DNA of 64,000 bases from Alphaproteobacteria bacterium (GCA_964291675.2 OZ219866.1:2560001-2624000), one strand, 5' to 3'; shown: positions 35,991 through 45,367, numbered from the stretch's first letter. Notes: generated from the letters alone by a model not told the origin. Program-made: numbers and translations.

Positions 35991-36796
35991 TGCGGCGCGC
36001 GCTGCTCTGCCTCGCCTTGCTCGCCGCGCTGCCGGCCGGGGCGGCGGAGCGCTTCATCGTGCTGCAATCGACCACGTCGACGCGCAACTCCGGCCTGTTC
36101 GAGCGCATCCTGCCGGCGTTCCGCGCGCGGACCGGGATCGAGGTGCGGGTGGTCGCGGTCGGCACCGGCCAGGCGCTGCGCAACGCCGCCCGGGGGGACG
36201 GCGACGCGCTGCTGGTGCACGACCGCGAGGCCGAGCGAAGATTCGTCGCCGAGGGCCACGGGACGGCGCGCCACGACGTGATGTATAACGACTTCGCGAT
36301 CGTCGGCCCCCGCGCCGACCCGGCCGGGATCGCCGGCACCGCCGACGCCCCGGCGGCGCTGGCGGCGATCGCCCGGGCGCGCGCGCCGTTCGCCTCGCGC
36401 GGCGACGACAGCGGCACCCACAAGGCGGAGCTCAGGCTGTGGCGGGCGGCCGGGATCGAGCCCGCGGCGCATTCCGGGCGCTGGTACCGCGAGACCGGCT
36501 CCGGCATGGGGGCGACGCTCAACGTGGGCATCGGCATGGGCGCCTATGTGCTGACCGACCGCGCGTCCTGGATCGCCTTCGGCAACAAGCGCGGCCACCG
36601 CATCGTCGTCGAGGGCGATCCGCGACTGTTCAACCAGTACGGCATCGTCGCCGTCAGCAAGTCGCGCCACCCCCGCGTGAAGGTCGCGCTCGCGCAACAA
36701 TTCGTCGACTGGATGCTGTCCCCGGAGGGCCAGGCCGCCATCGCCGCCCACCGCATCGGCGGCCGGCAGCTGTTCTTCCCCAACGCGAAGCGGTGA
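35990..36796 (+). CDS. tupA: Tungstate ABC transporter substrate-binding protein
   Basis: STTSTRNSGL, VAVGTGQAL, VMYNDF, SRGDDSGTH, YVLTDRA. Confidence 0.94.
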   Translation: MRRALLCLALLAALPAGAAERFIVLQSTTSTRNSGLFERILPAFRARTGIEVRVVAVGTGQALRNAARGDGDALLVHDREAERRFVAEGHGTARHDVMYNDFAIVGPRADPAGIAGTADAPAALAAIARARAPFASRGDDSGTHKAELRLWRAAGIEPAAHSGRWYRETGSGMGATLNVGIGMGAYVLTDRASWIAFGNKRGHRIVVEGDPRLFNQYGIVAVSKSRHPRVKVALAQQFVDWMLSPEGQAAIAAHRIGGRQLFFPNAKR

Positions 36797-36798
36797 GG

Positions 36799-36940
36799 GT
36801 CCTTCGATACGCGCCCTTCGGGCGCTGCTCGGGAAGAGGATGGGTCGGTCGGGCCAGCGAAATTGCCTCATCCCGAGCAGCCCCGGGCTTGCCCCGGATC
36901 GCAGTCCGGGGCTGGTTCCGGGGCGTATCGAGGGACGCCC
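36799..36940. repeat. Inverted type-B repeat pair with doubly nested hairpin insert
   Basis: CCTTCGATACG...CTCGGGAAGAGG; CCTCATCCCGAGCAG-CCCCGGGCTTG[CCCCGGATCGCAGTCCGGGG]CTGGTTCCGGGG-CGTATCGAGGGACG. Confidence 0.8.
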
Positions 36941-37086
36941 CGCCGGGCGGGCGGCTGCGGTCCGGGAGACGCGGGGAGGCGCGTGCCCGCGAGCCGGGGC
37001 GGGCCGCTCCGGAGGCCTGCCGCCGACCGCCGACCGGCGTTGCCGTCGGCGCCGTCTCCGCCGAGGCGAGCCGTCTTCCCGCTCTC

Positions 37087-37603
37087 CTACCGCCTCCCGG
37101 CGGCGAAGGCGCCGACGAAGACGGCCCGGCTCCCGCCGGCGGTGGCCGCCTCTCCGCCGAACGCGCCGGCGACCGCCCTGGGGTCGCCCGCCGCGTCCGG
37201 CCGGTTGGAGAGCCGGCCGGCCCGGTAGCCGGAGGAGACGAGCGGGATGTCGGGATGGGAGAGGATCACGCCGGTTCCCTGGAACGTCGCATCGCCCCGG
37301 TCGAGCGCGGTGGCGCCGAACTCGATGCGGTAATCCGACACATCGTCGAAGCCCTCGACCTCTCCCGTGGCGCTGTCTCCGAACACGCCCGAGAGCCGGA
37401 TCCGGTCGCTGCATCCGACACAGCCCCGGACGGTGCCTGCACCGAAATCCGCCGTCATGTCGGCGCTCCCGGAGAACTCGCCGATCTCGGCGCTCCCCGG
37501 CGGCACCGTGGCATCGGACCCGTACTCGCTCGCGTACAGCCCTGCGGCCCGGCCCCGATAGCTGGCGGTTCCACGCTTGCCAGCCCGGCGGGTGCCGGGC
37601 CGT
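37087..37603 (-). pseudogene. C-terminal fragment of a transferrin-binding-protein-like beta-barrel protein
   Basis: GTASYRGRAAGLY, GEFSGSADMTADFGAG, PRAVAGAFG, FVGAF; no signal peptide or N-terminus. Confidence 0.55.
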
Positions 37604-37728
37604 TGCAATCGACAGCGCGTATGCGTGTGACCCCGCCTATTCACCGGGCTCAGGGAGCTACCCTTCGCCGTGACAGGCTCTGGTATTCAGCGGGCGACCC
37701 GACCGAGCGGGACGCGCTGTCGATTGCA
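37604..37728. other. 125-bp element bounded by perfect 17-bp inverted repeats (MITE or structured RNA)
   Basis: TGCAATCGACAGCGCGT (37604-37620) and ACGCGCTGTCGATTGCA (37712-37728). Confidence 0.7.
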
Positions 37729-37884
37729 GGGGAAAGCGTCGCCCGAGGCGGCGGCGGGTGTCGAGCTCTCCGAAAGAGGGGAGAGGCCCGGTCGGTCGAG
37801 CGGAACGACGATGGACGGGCAACGGTTGCCCGGCCCCCGCGACGAATGGCCTTCCGGGACGGAGAAGCGCGGACACCCGGCCTC

Positions 37885-38524
37885 GTCATGCCCGGGCTTG
37901 TTCCACTGCTGTCCGGTCTAGCCTTCGACGCGGGCCGCACCCGGCTCTCCTTGCTCCTCCACCGCCACCCCCACCCCGTCATGGCCGGACTTGATCCGGC
38001 CATCCATGCGGCGTCCCCGCCTGCGAGGCGGCCGGCGGGAAGGGGCGGCGGCGCCAGTGGATGCCCGGATCGAGTCCACTGCTGTCCGGTTTAGATTTTC
38101 GGCGCGGGCTCCGCGCCCGTGAGCATCTGCATCTCCGCTCCCGCTGTTACCCCTACGTCATGGCCGGACTTGATCCGGCCATCCACGCGGCCTCTCCGCC
38201 CGCACGACGGTCCGACGAGAGGGGCGGCGGCGCCCATGGATGCCCGGATCAAGTCCGGGCATGACGAGGGAGGGCCGGGGGCGACGGCGGCATGCGACGA
38301 CGCGTCGCGCGTGTCGCGATCCGTGTCCCGATCCGGCGGCTGGGCCGGAAATCCGCGCGTACCGAGGCTTTGCGCCCGGTCCAGCTGATCTAAACCGGAC
38401 AGCAGTGGACTCGATCCGGCCATCCACGCAGCCCCTCGGCGCGCATGACGGCCGGTCGGCAGAGGCGGCGGCGCCCATGGATGCCCGGAACACCCCCGGA
38501 CTCGTTCCGGGGGCCGGTCATGAC
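37885..38524. repeat. Second REP/REPIN cluster with three MITE-end motifs; partly homologous to 26680-27200
   Basis: REP copies at 37885, 37978, 38058, 38157, 38237, 38408, 38477; end motifs at 37904(+), 38077(+), 38390-38407(-); shares TTCGACGCGGGCCGCACCCGGCTCTCCTTGCTCCTCCACCG and GCTTTGCGCCCGGTCCAGCTGATCTAAACC blocks. Confidence 0.88.
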
Positions 38525-38603
38525 GTGGCGGGGACGACGTGCGAAAAATGGCCAATTCCTGAAACAGGACGCCAACGACCGGCGCGCGGCTCGGGAACGG
38601 ACG

Positions 38604-39125
38604 GTGAAGAGAAAGACATACGACGCGACGGTGGAGCTCGGCATCCCGGTCACGCTGATCGACGCGGTCTCGGAGGACGCGGACGGCGCGATCGAGCTCC
38701 CCCGGTCGGGCACGCTGCTGGCGACGGTGGCCGTGGCGCGGGTGCTCGATCCGGCCCGGATGGTCGGCGCGGAGCTGCGCTATCTGCGCCACGTGCTGGA
38801 CCGCACGGGGAGCGAATTCGCCGATGCCCTCGACCTCAGCGACAAGACCGTGGTCTCGCGCTGGGAGAACGGTGCGACGCGGCCCGGCCCCTACACGGAA
38901 AAGGTCATTCGCCAGCTCGTGCTGAACCTGCTCGCGCGCAGCGCACCGGGGATCGAGATCGCGGACAACGCCATCCCGGGCATGAAGCTCCGCCCGCGCG
39001 GCGAGCCGCTGCCGATGGCGTTCGCCCTGCGGAAGCGGCGGGGAGAGGACGGCCGCGCCCGGCAATGCTACGTGCCCGTCCCGCCCGTCCCGACGGCGGC
39101 GGAGACCGCTGCGCCGGCGTCCTAG
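38604..39125 (+). CDS. XRE-HTH protein, MqsA/HigA-like antitoxin (orphan)
   Basis: MVGAELRYLRHVLDRTGSEFADAL...TVVSRWENG; start uncertain. Confidence 0.7.
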   Translation: MKRKTYDATVELGIPVTLIDAVSEDADGAIELPRSGTLLATVAVARVLDPARMVGAELRYLRHVLDRTGSEFADALDLSDKTVVSRWENGATRPGPYTEKVIRQLVLNLLARSAPGIEIADNAIPGMKLRPRGEPLPMAFALRKRRGEDGRARQCYVPVPPVPTAAETAAPAS

Positions 39126-39218
39126 CCCGGATCTCCGACCGGCGGCCCGGCCGCCGCCGGTATCCGATGTCCTCATTCCGTTTCCGGGCGGGACCGCGGG
39201 GGCGGGCCGGCGCCGCCG

Positions 39219-39391
39219 GACATCCGACGCGACCGGGGCGCTCGGCATCCCGGTCGCGCCGATCGACGCGGTGTCGGAGGACGCGGACGGCGCAATCGAG
39301 ATTCCCCGGCCGGACATGCGGCTGGCGGCCGCGGCCGTGGCGCGGGCGCTCGACCCGGCCCGGCAATGCGACGTGCCCGGCCCGCCCGGCC
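39219..39391 (+). pseudogene. Internally deleted relic duplicate of the upstream HTH gene
   Basis: Aligns to 38614-38758, then jumps at GCCCGG to 39056-39090. Confidence 0.8.
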
Positions 39392-39542
39392 GCGATGTAC
39401 AACACGCAAGCTCCTGCGCTACCTTGCCGCCCCGGGGTTGCCGGCTCCGTCCGCCGGTGGCGCCATGCGCTCGCCGACCGCGCCCGCGGGCCGGCCGCGC
39501 GGCCCCGACACGGGATCGATCGCTGTTCAGGAGCAAACACCC

Positions 39543-40403
39543 ATGGCGACCATTGACGACGTCTCGATCGTCGATTCGAACGCTGTCGAGCCCAGGACCG
39601 TCGAATCCGGGCTCGAAAGGACCATCTGCGGCCGGAGCCTGTGCGGCTCGAAGACGCTGACCGTCTACCGGCGAACGGTGTCCGAAGGCCGCCGGTTCGA
39701 GCCGCGGGCGGACGACGACTACCACCTGGTCTACGCGATGGCGACGCCGAAGGACGGCGTCATCGGCTTCAACGGCGAGCGGCACGCGGCCGAGGAGGGC
39801 GCCGGCGTGCTGCTCGCGCCTGGCGAGTCGGCGCGGTTCGAGGCGTCCGGGTCGGATATGGAGCTGCTGCACATGGTGACGCCCAGGCCTCCTTCCGCCG
39901 TCGAAGCGGGGTTGGCCGGGGGGCCGGGATATTTCTTCAACCGGCGGACGCTTCGCGCGCTCAGCGACGCGAGCGGCGGCCGGGTTCGCCGCTTCTGCGC
40001 GGAGTCCACCGTCCGGCTTCGCGACGGCAGCAGGCTCACCCCGACCAACGCGATCCAGGCCGGCGAGATGCACTACCGCGAGGGCGGCTCGTCGCCCTAT
40101 CACCGGCATGTGGGCACCGACGCCAACCCGGACGGCGCCGCCCATTGCTACATGACCTTCAAGGGCCGCGGCGTGGTCGAGGTCGGGGATACCTCGCAGG
40201 AGCTCGATCCCGGCACGCTTGTCTATTTCCCCCCGGGCGTGCCGCACCGGCTTCGCGCCCATGGCGGCCCGCTCGACTATTTCGAGATCCAGGCCTGGCG
40301 GAGTTTTCGCACCAACGTGCTCAGCGAGGAGAAGCTCGGGCTAAAATGGTACTACGAGCCCGAGACGCCGGGCGCCGCGCCGGTCGAGTGGGACCAGAGC
40401 TGA
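39543..40403 (+). CDS. Bicupin-domain protein
   Basis: CAGGAG RBS; C-terminal SPYHRH...HCY..FKGRG...PGTLVYFPPGVPHRL; degenerate N-terminal cupin. Confidence 0.78.
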   Translation: MATIDDVSIVDSNAVEPRTVESGLERTICGRSLCGSKTLTVYRRTVSEGRRFEPRADDDYHLVYAMATPKDGVIGFNGERHAAEEGAGVLLAPGESARFEASGSDMELLHMVTPRPPSAVEAGLAGGPGYFFNRRTLRALSDASGGRVRRFCAESTVRLRDGSRLTPTNAIQAGEMHYREGGSSPYHRHVGTDANPDGAAHCYMTFKGRGVVEVGDTSQELDPGTLVYFPPGVPHRLRAHGGPLDYFEIQAWRSFRTNVLSEEKLGLKWYYEPETPGAAPVEWDQS

Positions 40404-40433
40404 CGGAACGGTCTGTCGGCATTTGCTGTCGAG

Positions 40434-40462
40434 GCGGCGGGTCGGCGGCCCCGACCCGCCGC
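40434..40462. terminator. GC hairpin between convergent genes
   Basis: GGCGGCGGGTCGG-loop-CCGACCCGCCGCC; no U tract. Confidence 0.5.
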
Positions 40463-40571
40463 CCCGCGGATGTAGAGGCCGCACGGGTGGGGCGGAACGA
40501 GGCCACTGCTGTCCGGTCTGGATGGGACGGCTCGGCGCGATCGAGGCGAGGAAGGCCCGCGATCGGGACAC

Positions 40572-41054
40572 TCAATCCGAGTACGACGCGAGCTGCGTGT
40601 CGAACGCCAGAATCCTGACCGTGCGTCCCGGGCCGCGAAGCGCCTCCGCCAGGTCGATGATCGAGATATCGGCGAAGGAGTAGTTGGGACCGGAGGAGGC
40701 CAGAAATCGGCGAGCCAGCCGGATCAGGTCTTGCGACCGCAGGAGGAGTTCCGGACCTGAGGCGGCGATCGTCCACGGGCGTTCGCGGCCGATGGAGCTT
40801 GCGATGTCATCCGAGAGCCGTTGGGCAAGGGATCGGCGACGGCGGCCGTCGCGAACGTGGTTGATGTGGCTCGCGACCTCGAACAACACCGGGACGGTTA
40901 CGAACAGCTCGTACCTCGCGTCGATGAGGTCGGCGGTCTGCGTCTGAACGGCGGCGGTCCGCGACTCCTTGAAGTAGCCCGGCACGCGATACAGTTCGAG
41001 CAGCCACGATGTATCGAGAATTGCCGCGCCGCTCAACCCAGCGACTCGAGCCAT
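40572..41054 (-). CDS. PIN-domain (VapC-like) ribonuclease
   Basis: AILDTSWLL, VPVLFEVASH, YSFADISII, ILAFDTQL carry the four acidic PIN residues. Confidence 0.82.
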   Translation of the reverse strand: MARVAGLSGAAILDTSWLLELYRVPGYFKESRTAAVQTQTADLIDARYELFVTVPVLFEVASHINHVRDGRRRRSLAQRLSDDIASSIGRERPWTIAASGPELLLRSQDLIRLARRFLASSGPNYSFADISIIDLAEALRGPGRTVRILAFDTQLASYSD

Positions 41055-42337
41055 TCCCGCGTTTCCCGCTGGCGTTTGTCCGCGAAGTCCGGCGCAAGAT
41101 GCTCGTCGAGCGCACCGCGGGTCACGAAGTCGCCCAAGCCGCCGCGAAGCCCGATCGTCCCGGCGATGTCCATGTCGCCAAGCCTGGTGACCGTCGAACC
41201 GTCGCCCGACTCGCCGCGGTGACAGATGAGCACGCTTTCCATCCGGGAGTCGTCTAGCGCATCCATGAACGCCGGATTGTGGGTGGTCACGAGCACGTTC
41301 AGCTCGCGGCGGCTCGCGGTATCGGACAGCGTCTCGACGAGCAGCCTGGCACGGCTCGGGTGCAGGCCGTTGTCGAACTCCTCGATGACGATGCGCGAGG
41401 AGTTGGGAACGGTCTCAAGCGCGGTCACGATAGCGAGCATCCGCAGGGTGCCGTCAGAGAGAAGCCGCGCATCAACCAAATCTTCGTCGCTCGTCGCCTG
41501 CCCCGCGTCCGCGACAAACCCGGCCATCACATCGCCAAGCGAAGTTGTTGCGAAGCCGATTCCGATGAACGGTTCCTCCGGAATCTGCCGGATGATCTCC
41601 GTTATGCGCTGCAATGCCGCGTTCTGTTCCTCATCTCCCTGGCTGAGCGCAAACAGGACCGCCGAGAGGTTGGCTCCGTTGCGCAGGAGCCGGGGGTTCG
41701 ACTCGGCGCGCGTGTACTCCCGCATCGCCTTGGGGTGCGGGTCGAAGATGTAGGAGTTTCGCAGATAGCCTCTCACGCCCTGAACGGTTCTCGTTAATTC
41801 GCGCAGCCTGGGACTGCTTGCCTGACTGTTGCCGATAATTTCTTCGTAACGCGAGAGGACGGAGCGGGACGCCGATACCTGGCAGGTCGGATTCCTGCCG
41901 CGCGAGAAGTTGTCGTATCTGACCTCCATCGACTCTCCGCCGGACTCTATGGCATGGAAGAGTGTCCGGTCTCCGATTTGCAAGCTCTCCTCGGCCAGCA
42001 GAACGTCGTTTCTTCCGCGCGCAGCAATTCCGATGAAATAGTCGACGGGCCGTTCCCTTCCATCGAAACGAACGCTGGCCCGATTCAACCGCAGTCCGAG
42101 CTTTTCCCTGCCGAAGCGAATGCAAGATCGCAGACCGCCCCGCACCTCGAACGCACCGCCGCGATCGACATCGGTGACTTCGTTGAACGGCGTACCGCGG
42201 GCCAGGCTGGCGAGAAGCTCGACTCCCTCGATCAGATTGGTCTTGCCCGATCCGTTTCTGCCGAGCAGGACGGTCAACGGCTCGAACAGATTGAGCTCTG
42301 CCCGGGCGAAATTCTTGAAATCGGTCAGACAATGCAT
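41033..42337 (-). CDS. ABC/AAA_21-type ATPase (defence-associated class)
   Basis: FKNF, LLGRNGSGKTN, LSDGTLRML, IEEFDNGLHP, VTTHNP; no TM partner; AT-richer codon usage. Confidence 0.9.
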   Translation of the reverse strand: MHCLTDFKNFARAELNLFEPLTVLLGRNGSGKTNLIEGVELLASLARGTPFNEVTDVDRGGAFEVRGGLRSCIRFGREKLGLRLNRASVRFDGRERPVDYFIGIAARGRNDVLLAEESLQIGDRTLFHAIESGGESMEVRYDNFSRGRNPTCQVSASRSVLSRYEEIIGNSQASSPRLRELTRTVQGVRGYLRNSYIFDPHPKAMREYTRAESNPRLLRNGANLSAVLFALSQGDEEQNAALQRITEIIRQIPEEPFIGIGFATTSLGDVMAGFVADAGQATSDEDLVDARLLSDGTLRMLAIVTALETVPNSSRIVIEEFDNGLHPSRARLLVETLSDTASRRELNVLVTTHNPAFMDALDDSRMESVLICHRGESGDGSTVTRLGDMDIAGTIGLRGGLGDFVTRGALDEHLAPDFADKRQRETREWLESLG

Positions 42338-42487
42338 GGCCGCTCACCCGTGCGCTCCCCGGTGCACGCGAAGGCGCTCACCGGAACACTCAATCTAGGG
42401 CGTGCCCGTCTCGGTTGGAAGCGCCGGACGGGCCGCCGACGCGCACCCCTTCCCCCGCCCGCCTCGGTGATGCACAAAGGGAGCGGC

Positions 42488-43516
42488 ATGATCGCGCGCA
42501 TTCTTCTCCTGGGGCTCGTCGCGCTCGCGGCGCAGGCGGACGCCCGGACCATCGTCGACTCGGCCGGCCGCGCCGTCGAGGTGCCGGACACCGTCGACCG
42601 CGTGTTCGCCTCCGGCCCGCCGGCCTCGATCGTGGTCTATGCGCTGAAGCCGGAGGCGCTCTTGGGCTGGCCGCGCGCGCTCAGGGGCTACGAAAAACCC
42701 TATATCGCCGCGCCGTATCGCGAGCTCCCCGAGACCGGGCGGCTCACCGGGCGCGGCGGGGAGGCCAATCTGGAGCGGGTGCTGGCGCTGAAGCCCGACC
42801 TGATCGTCGATTTCGGCTCGGTGCGCGGCACCTATATCGATCTCGCCGACCGGGTGCAGGACCAGACCGGCATCCCCTATATCCTGGTCAACGGCCGCTT
42901 CGCCGAGACCGCGCGCTCGCTCCGCCTGCTGGGCCGCGCGCTCGGGGTCGAGGCGCGCGCCGAGGCGCTGGCCAGCGACGCGGAAGCCACCTTCGCCGCG
43001 CTCGATGCGGCGCTCGGCGCGGTGCCGATGGCGGCGCGCCCCCGGGTCTATCTGGCGCGCGGCCCGGACGGGCTGGAGACCGGGCTCAGGGGCTCGATCA
43101 ACACCGAGATCATCGAGCGCGCCGGCGGGCGCAACGTGGCCGACGTGCCCGGCCGCCGCGGGCTGGTGCAGGCCTCCCCCGAGCAGGTGATCGTCGCCGA
43201 CCCCGACACCGTCGTCACCTGGGACCGCATCTTCTACGCCCGGGTGTGGCGCGACAGGCTGTGGCGGGGGATCGAAGCGGTGCGCCGGGGCCGGGTCTAT
43301 CTCTCGCCCACCGCGCCGTTCGGCTGGATCGACCGGCCGCCCTCGGTCAACCGGCTGATGGGGCTCAAATGGCTCGCCGGGCTGTTCTACCCGGAGCGCT
43401 GGACCGGCGATCTGCGGCGCGACGCCGCTTCGTTCTACCGCCTCTGGTACCATGTCGAGCTCAGCGAGGCCGAGCTCGACCGGCTGCTCGAATGGGCGCA
43501 GGCGCGCGCGCCCTGA
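42488..43516 (+). CDS. Type II ABC importer substrate-binding protein (BtuF/FecB/MolA-like)
   Basis: Signal peptide; IVDSAGRAVEVP, NLERVLALKPDLI, PFGWIDRPPSVNRLMG. Confidence 0.88.
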   Translation: MIARILLLGLVALAAQADARTIVDSAGRAVEVPDTVDRVFASGPPASIVVYALKPEALLGWPRALRGYEKPYIAAPYRELPETGRLTGRGGEANLERVLALKPDLIVDFGSVRGTYIDLADRVQDQTGIPYILVNGRFAETARSLRLLGRALGVEARAEALASDAEATFAALDAALGAVPMAARPRVYLARGPDGLETGLRGSINTEIIERAGGRNVADVPGRRGLVQASPEQVIVADPDTVVTWDRIFYARVWRDRLWRGIEAVRRGRVYLSPTAPFGWIDRPPSVNRLMGLKWLAGLFYPERWTGDLRRDAASFYRLWYHVELSEAELDRLLEWAQARAP

Positions 43517-43548
43517 CCGCGCGCCGCGGCGCGGCGGCGGCGCTCTGG

Positions 43549-44511
43549 ATGACCGCCGCGCTCGGCGCGGGCGCCTTCGCGGCGCTGCTGGTCGGGCCGT
43601 ACCCGCTGGCCGTCGGCGAGGCGCTCGCCATCCTCTCGGGCGGCGGCGGGGACGGGCGGGCGGAGACCGTGCTGCTCTCGATCCGCCTCCCCCGAATCGC
43701 CGCCTCGCTGCTGGTCGGCGCCGCGCTCGCCGCCGCCGGCGCCTGCTACCAGACGCTGTTCCGCAACCCGCTGGTCTCGCCCGACATTCTGGGCGTCTCG
43801 GCCGGCGCCGGGCTCGGTGCGGTGCTCGGCATCTTCCTGTCGCTGCCGGTGCTGGCGATCCAGGCGCTGGGGTTCGCCGGCGGGCTCGCCGCGGTGGCGC
43901 TGGTGGGCTTCGTCGCCGCCGCGGTGCGCACCGGCGACCGCACGCTGATCCTGGTGCTGGCGGGCGTCGTGGTGGGCGCGCTCGCCGGCGCGGCGACCTC
44001 GCTCTTGAAGGTGCTGGCCGATCCCTACGACCAGCTTCCGGCGATCACCTTCTGGCTGCTCGGCAGCCTCGCCGGGGTGAAGGCGGAGGACATCCTGCCC
44101 GCCGCGCCGGTGGTGCTGGCCGGGCTGGTGCCCATGGTGGCGCTGCGCTGGCGGATCAACGTGCTCGCGCTCGGCGACGAGGAGGCGCGCGCGCTCGGCG
44201 TCGAGGCGGGGCGGCTCCGGCTCGCGGTGATATTCTGCGCGACGCTGATCACCGCGAGCGTGGTCGCCGTCGCCGGGGTGGTCGGCTGGGTCGGGCTGGT
44301 GATCCCGCATATCGCGCGGATGATCGTGGGCCCCGGCTTCGGGCAGTTGCTGCCCGCCGCCGCCCTGCTGGGGGCGAGCTACATGCTGGCCGTCGACACG
44401 CTGGCGCGCACGATCTCCGCCGTCGAGGTGCCGCTCGGCATCCTCACCGCGGTGGTCGGCGCGCCGTTCTTCCTGTGGCTGCTGGCGCGGGGGCGCCGGA
44501 CATGGGCGTGA
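43549..44511 (+). CDS. Type II ABC importer permease (FecCD/BtuC/MolB family)
   Basis: IRLPRI, YQTLFRNPLVSPDILGVSAGA, GWVGLVIPHIAR; start may be about 43513. Confidence 0.9.
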   Translation: MTAALGAGAFAALLVGPYPLAVGEALAILSGGGGDGRAETVLLSIRLPRIAASLLVGAALAAAGACYQTLFRNPLVSPDILGVSAGAGLGAVLGIFLSLPVLAIQALGFAGGLAAVALVGFVAAAVRTGDRTLILVLAGVVVGALAGAATSLLKVLADPYDQLPAITFWLLGSLAGVKAEDILPAAPVVLAGLVPMVALRWRINVLALGDEEARALGVEAGRLRLAVIFCATLITASVVAVAGVVGWVGLVIPHIARMIVGPGFGQLLPAAALLGASYMLAVDTLARTISAVEVPLGILTAVVGAPFFLWLLARGRRTWA

Positions 44512-45296
44512 GCGTCGAGACCAGCGATCTCGCCATCGGCTATCCCGGCCATGCGGTGGGCTCGGGCATCGCGCTCGCCGCCGGGCCGGGCGACATATTG
44601 TGCCTGCTGGGCCCCAACGGGTCGGGCAAGACGACGCTGTTCAAGACCCTGCTCGGGCTGATCCCGGCGCAGGGCGGCGAGGTGAGGCTGGCCGGCCGGC
44701 GGCTGGAGAGCCTGGCGCGGCGCGACATCGCGACCCGCGCCGCCTATGTGCCGCAGGCGCATGCCGCGCCGTTCGCCTACGCGGCGCTGGAGGTGGTGCT
44801 GATGGGGAGGACCGCAAGGCTCGGCCCGTTCTCCCAGCCCGGCGAGGCGGACCGCGAGGCGGCGCGGGCGGCGCTCGCGAGGTTGCGCATCGAGCACCTC
44901 GCCGGGGCCGACTACACGAGGCTCTCGGGCGGGCAGCGCCAGCTCGTGCTGATCGCCCGCGCGCTCGCCCAGGAGACCCCCGTGCTGGTGATGGACGAGC
45001 CCACCGCCAGCCTCGATTTCGGCAACCAGGCGCTGGTGCTGGGCGAGATCGCGGGGCTCGCCGCCGACGGGCTCACGGTGATCCTGTCGACCCACGACCC
45101 GGATCACGCGTTTGCCGTCGGCACCGCGGTCGCGCTGCTGCACGAGGGGCGGGTGCGGGCGACCGGCGCGCCCAGGGACGCGCTGACGCAAGCGGCGCTG
45201 AGCGCGGTCTACGGCGTCGCGGTGCGCGTCGAGGACCTTGCCGACGGCAGCACCGTCTGCGTCCCCTCGCTCGGGCGGCGGGAGGATGACGGGTAG
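44502..45296 (+). CDS. Type II ABC importer ATPase
   Basis: LGPNGSGKTT, LSGGQRQ, MDEPTASLDFGNQ, STHDPDHA. Confidence 0.92.
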   Translation: MGVSVETSDLAIGYPGHAVGSGIALAAGPGDILCLLGPNGSGKTTLFKTLLGLIPAQGGEVRLAGRRLESLARRDIATRAAYVPQAHAAPFAYAALEVVLMGRTARLGPFSQPGEADREAARAALARLRIEHLAGADYTRLSGGQRQLVLIARALAQETPVLVMDEPTASLDFGNQALVLGEIAGLAADGLTVILSTHDPDHAFAVGTAVALLHEGRVRATGAPRDALTQAALSAVYGVAVRVEDLADGSTVCVPSLGRREDDG

Positions 45297-45367
45297 CCGC
45301 CCGCGATGCCCGGTAGCGAAGCGATATGGGATTTACAATTTCGGCGTGCTGCGTATACCATCGGGCG

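Noticed and set aside
37604-42337. Retron (inverted-repeat ncRNA + ATPase effector)
   Set aside because: No reverse transcriptase in the window, and the inverted-repeat element is about 3 kb from the ATPase pair with unrelated genes between
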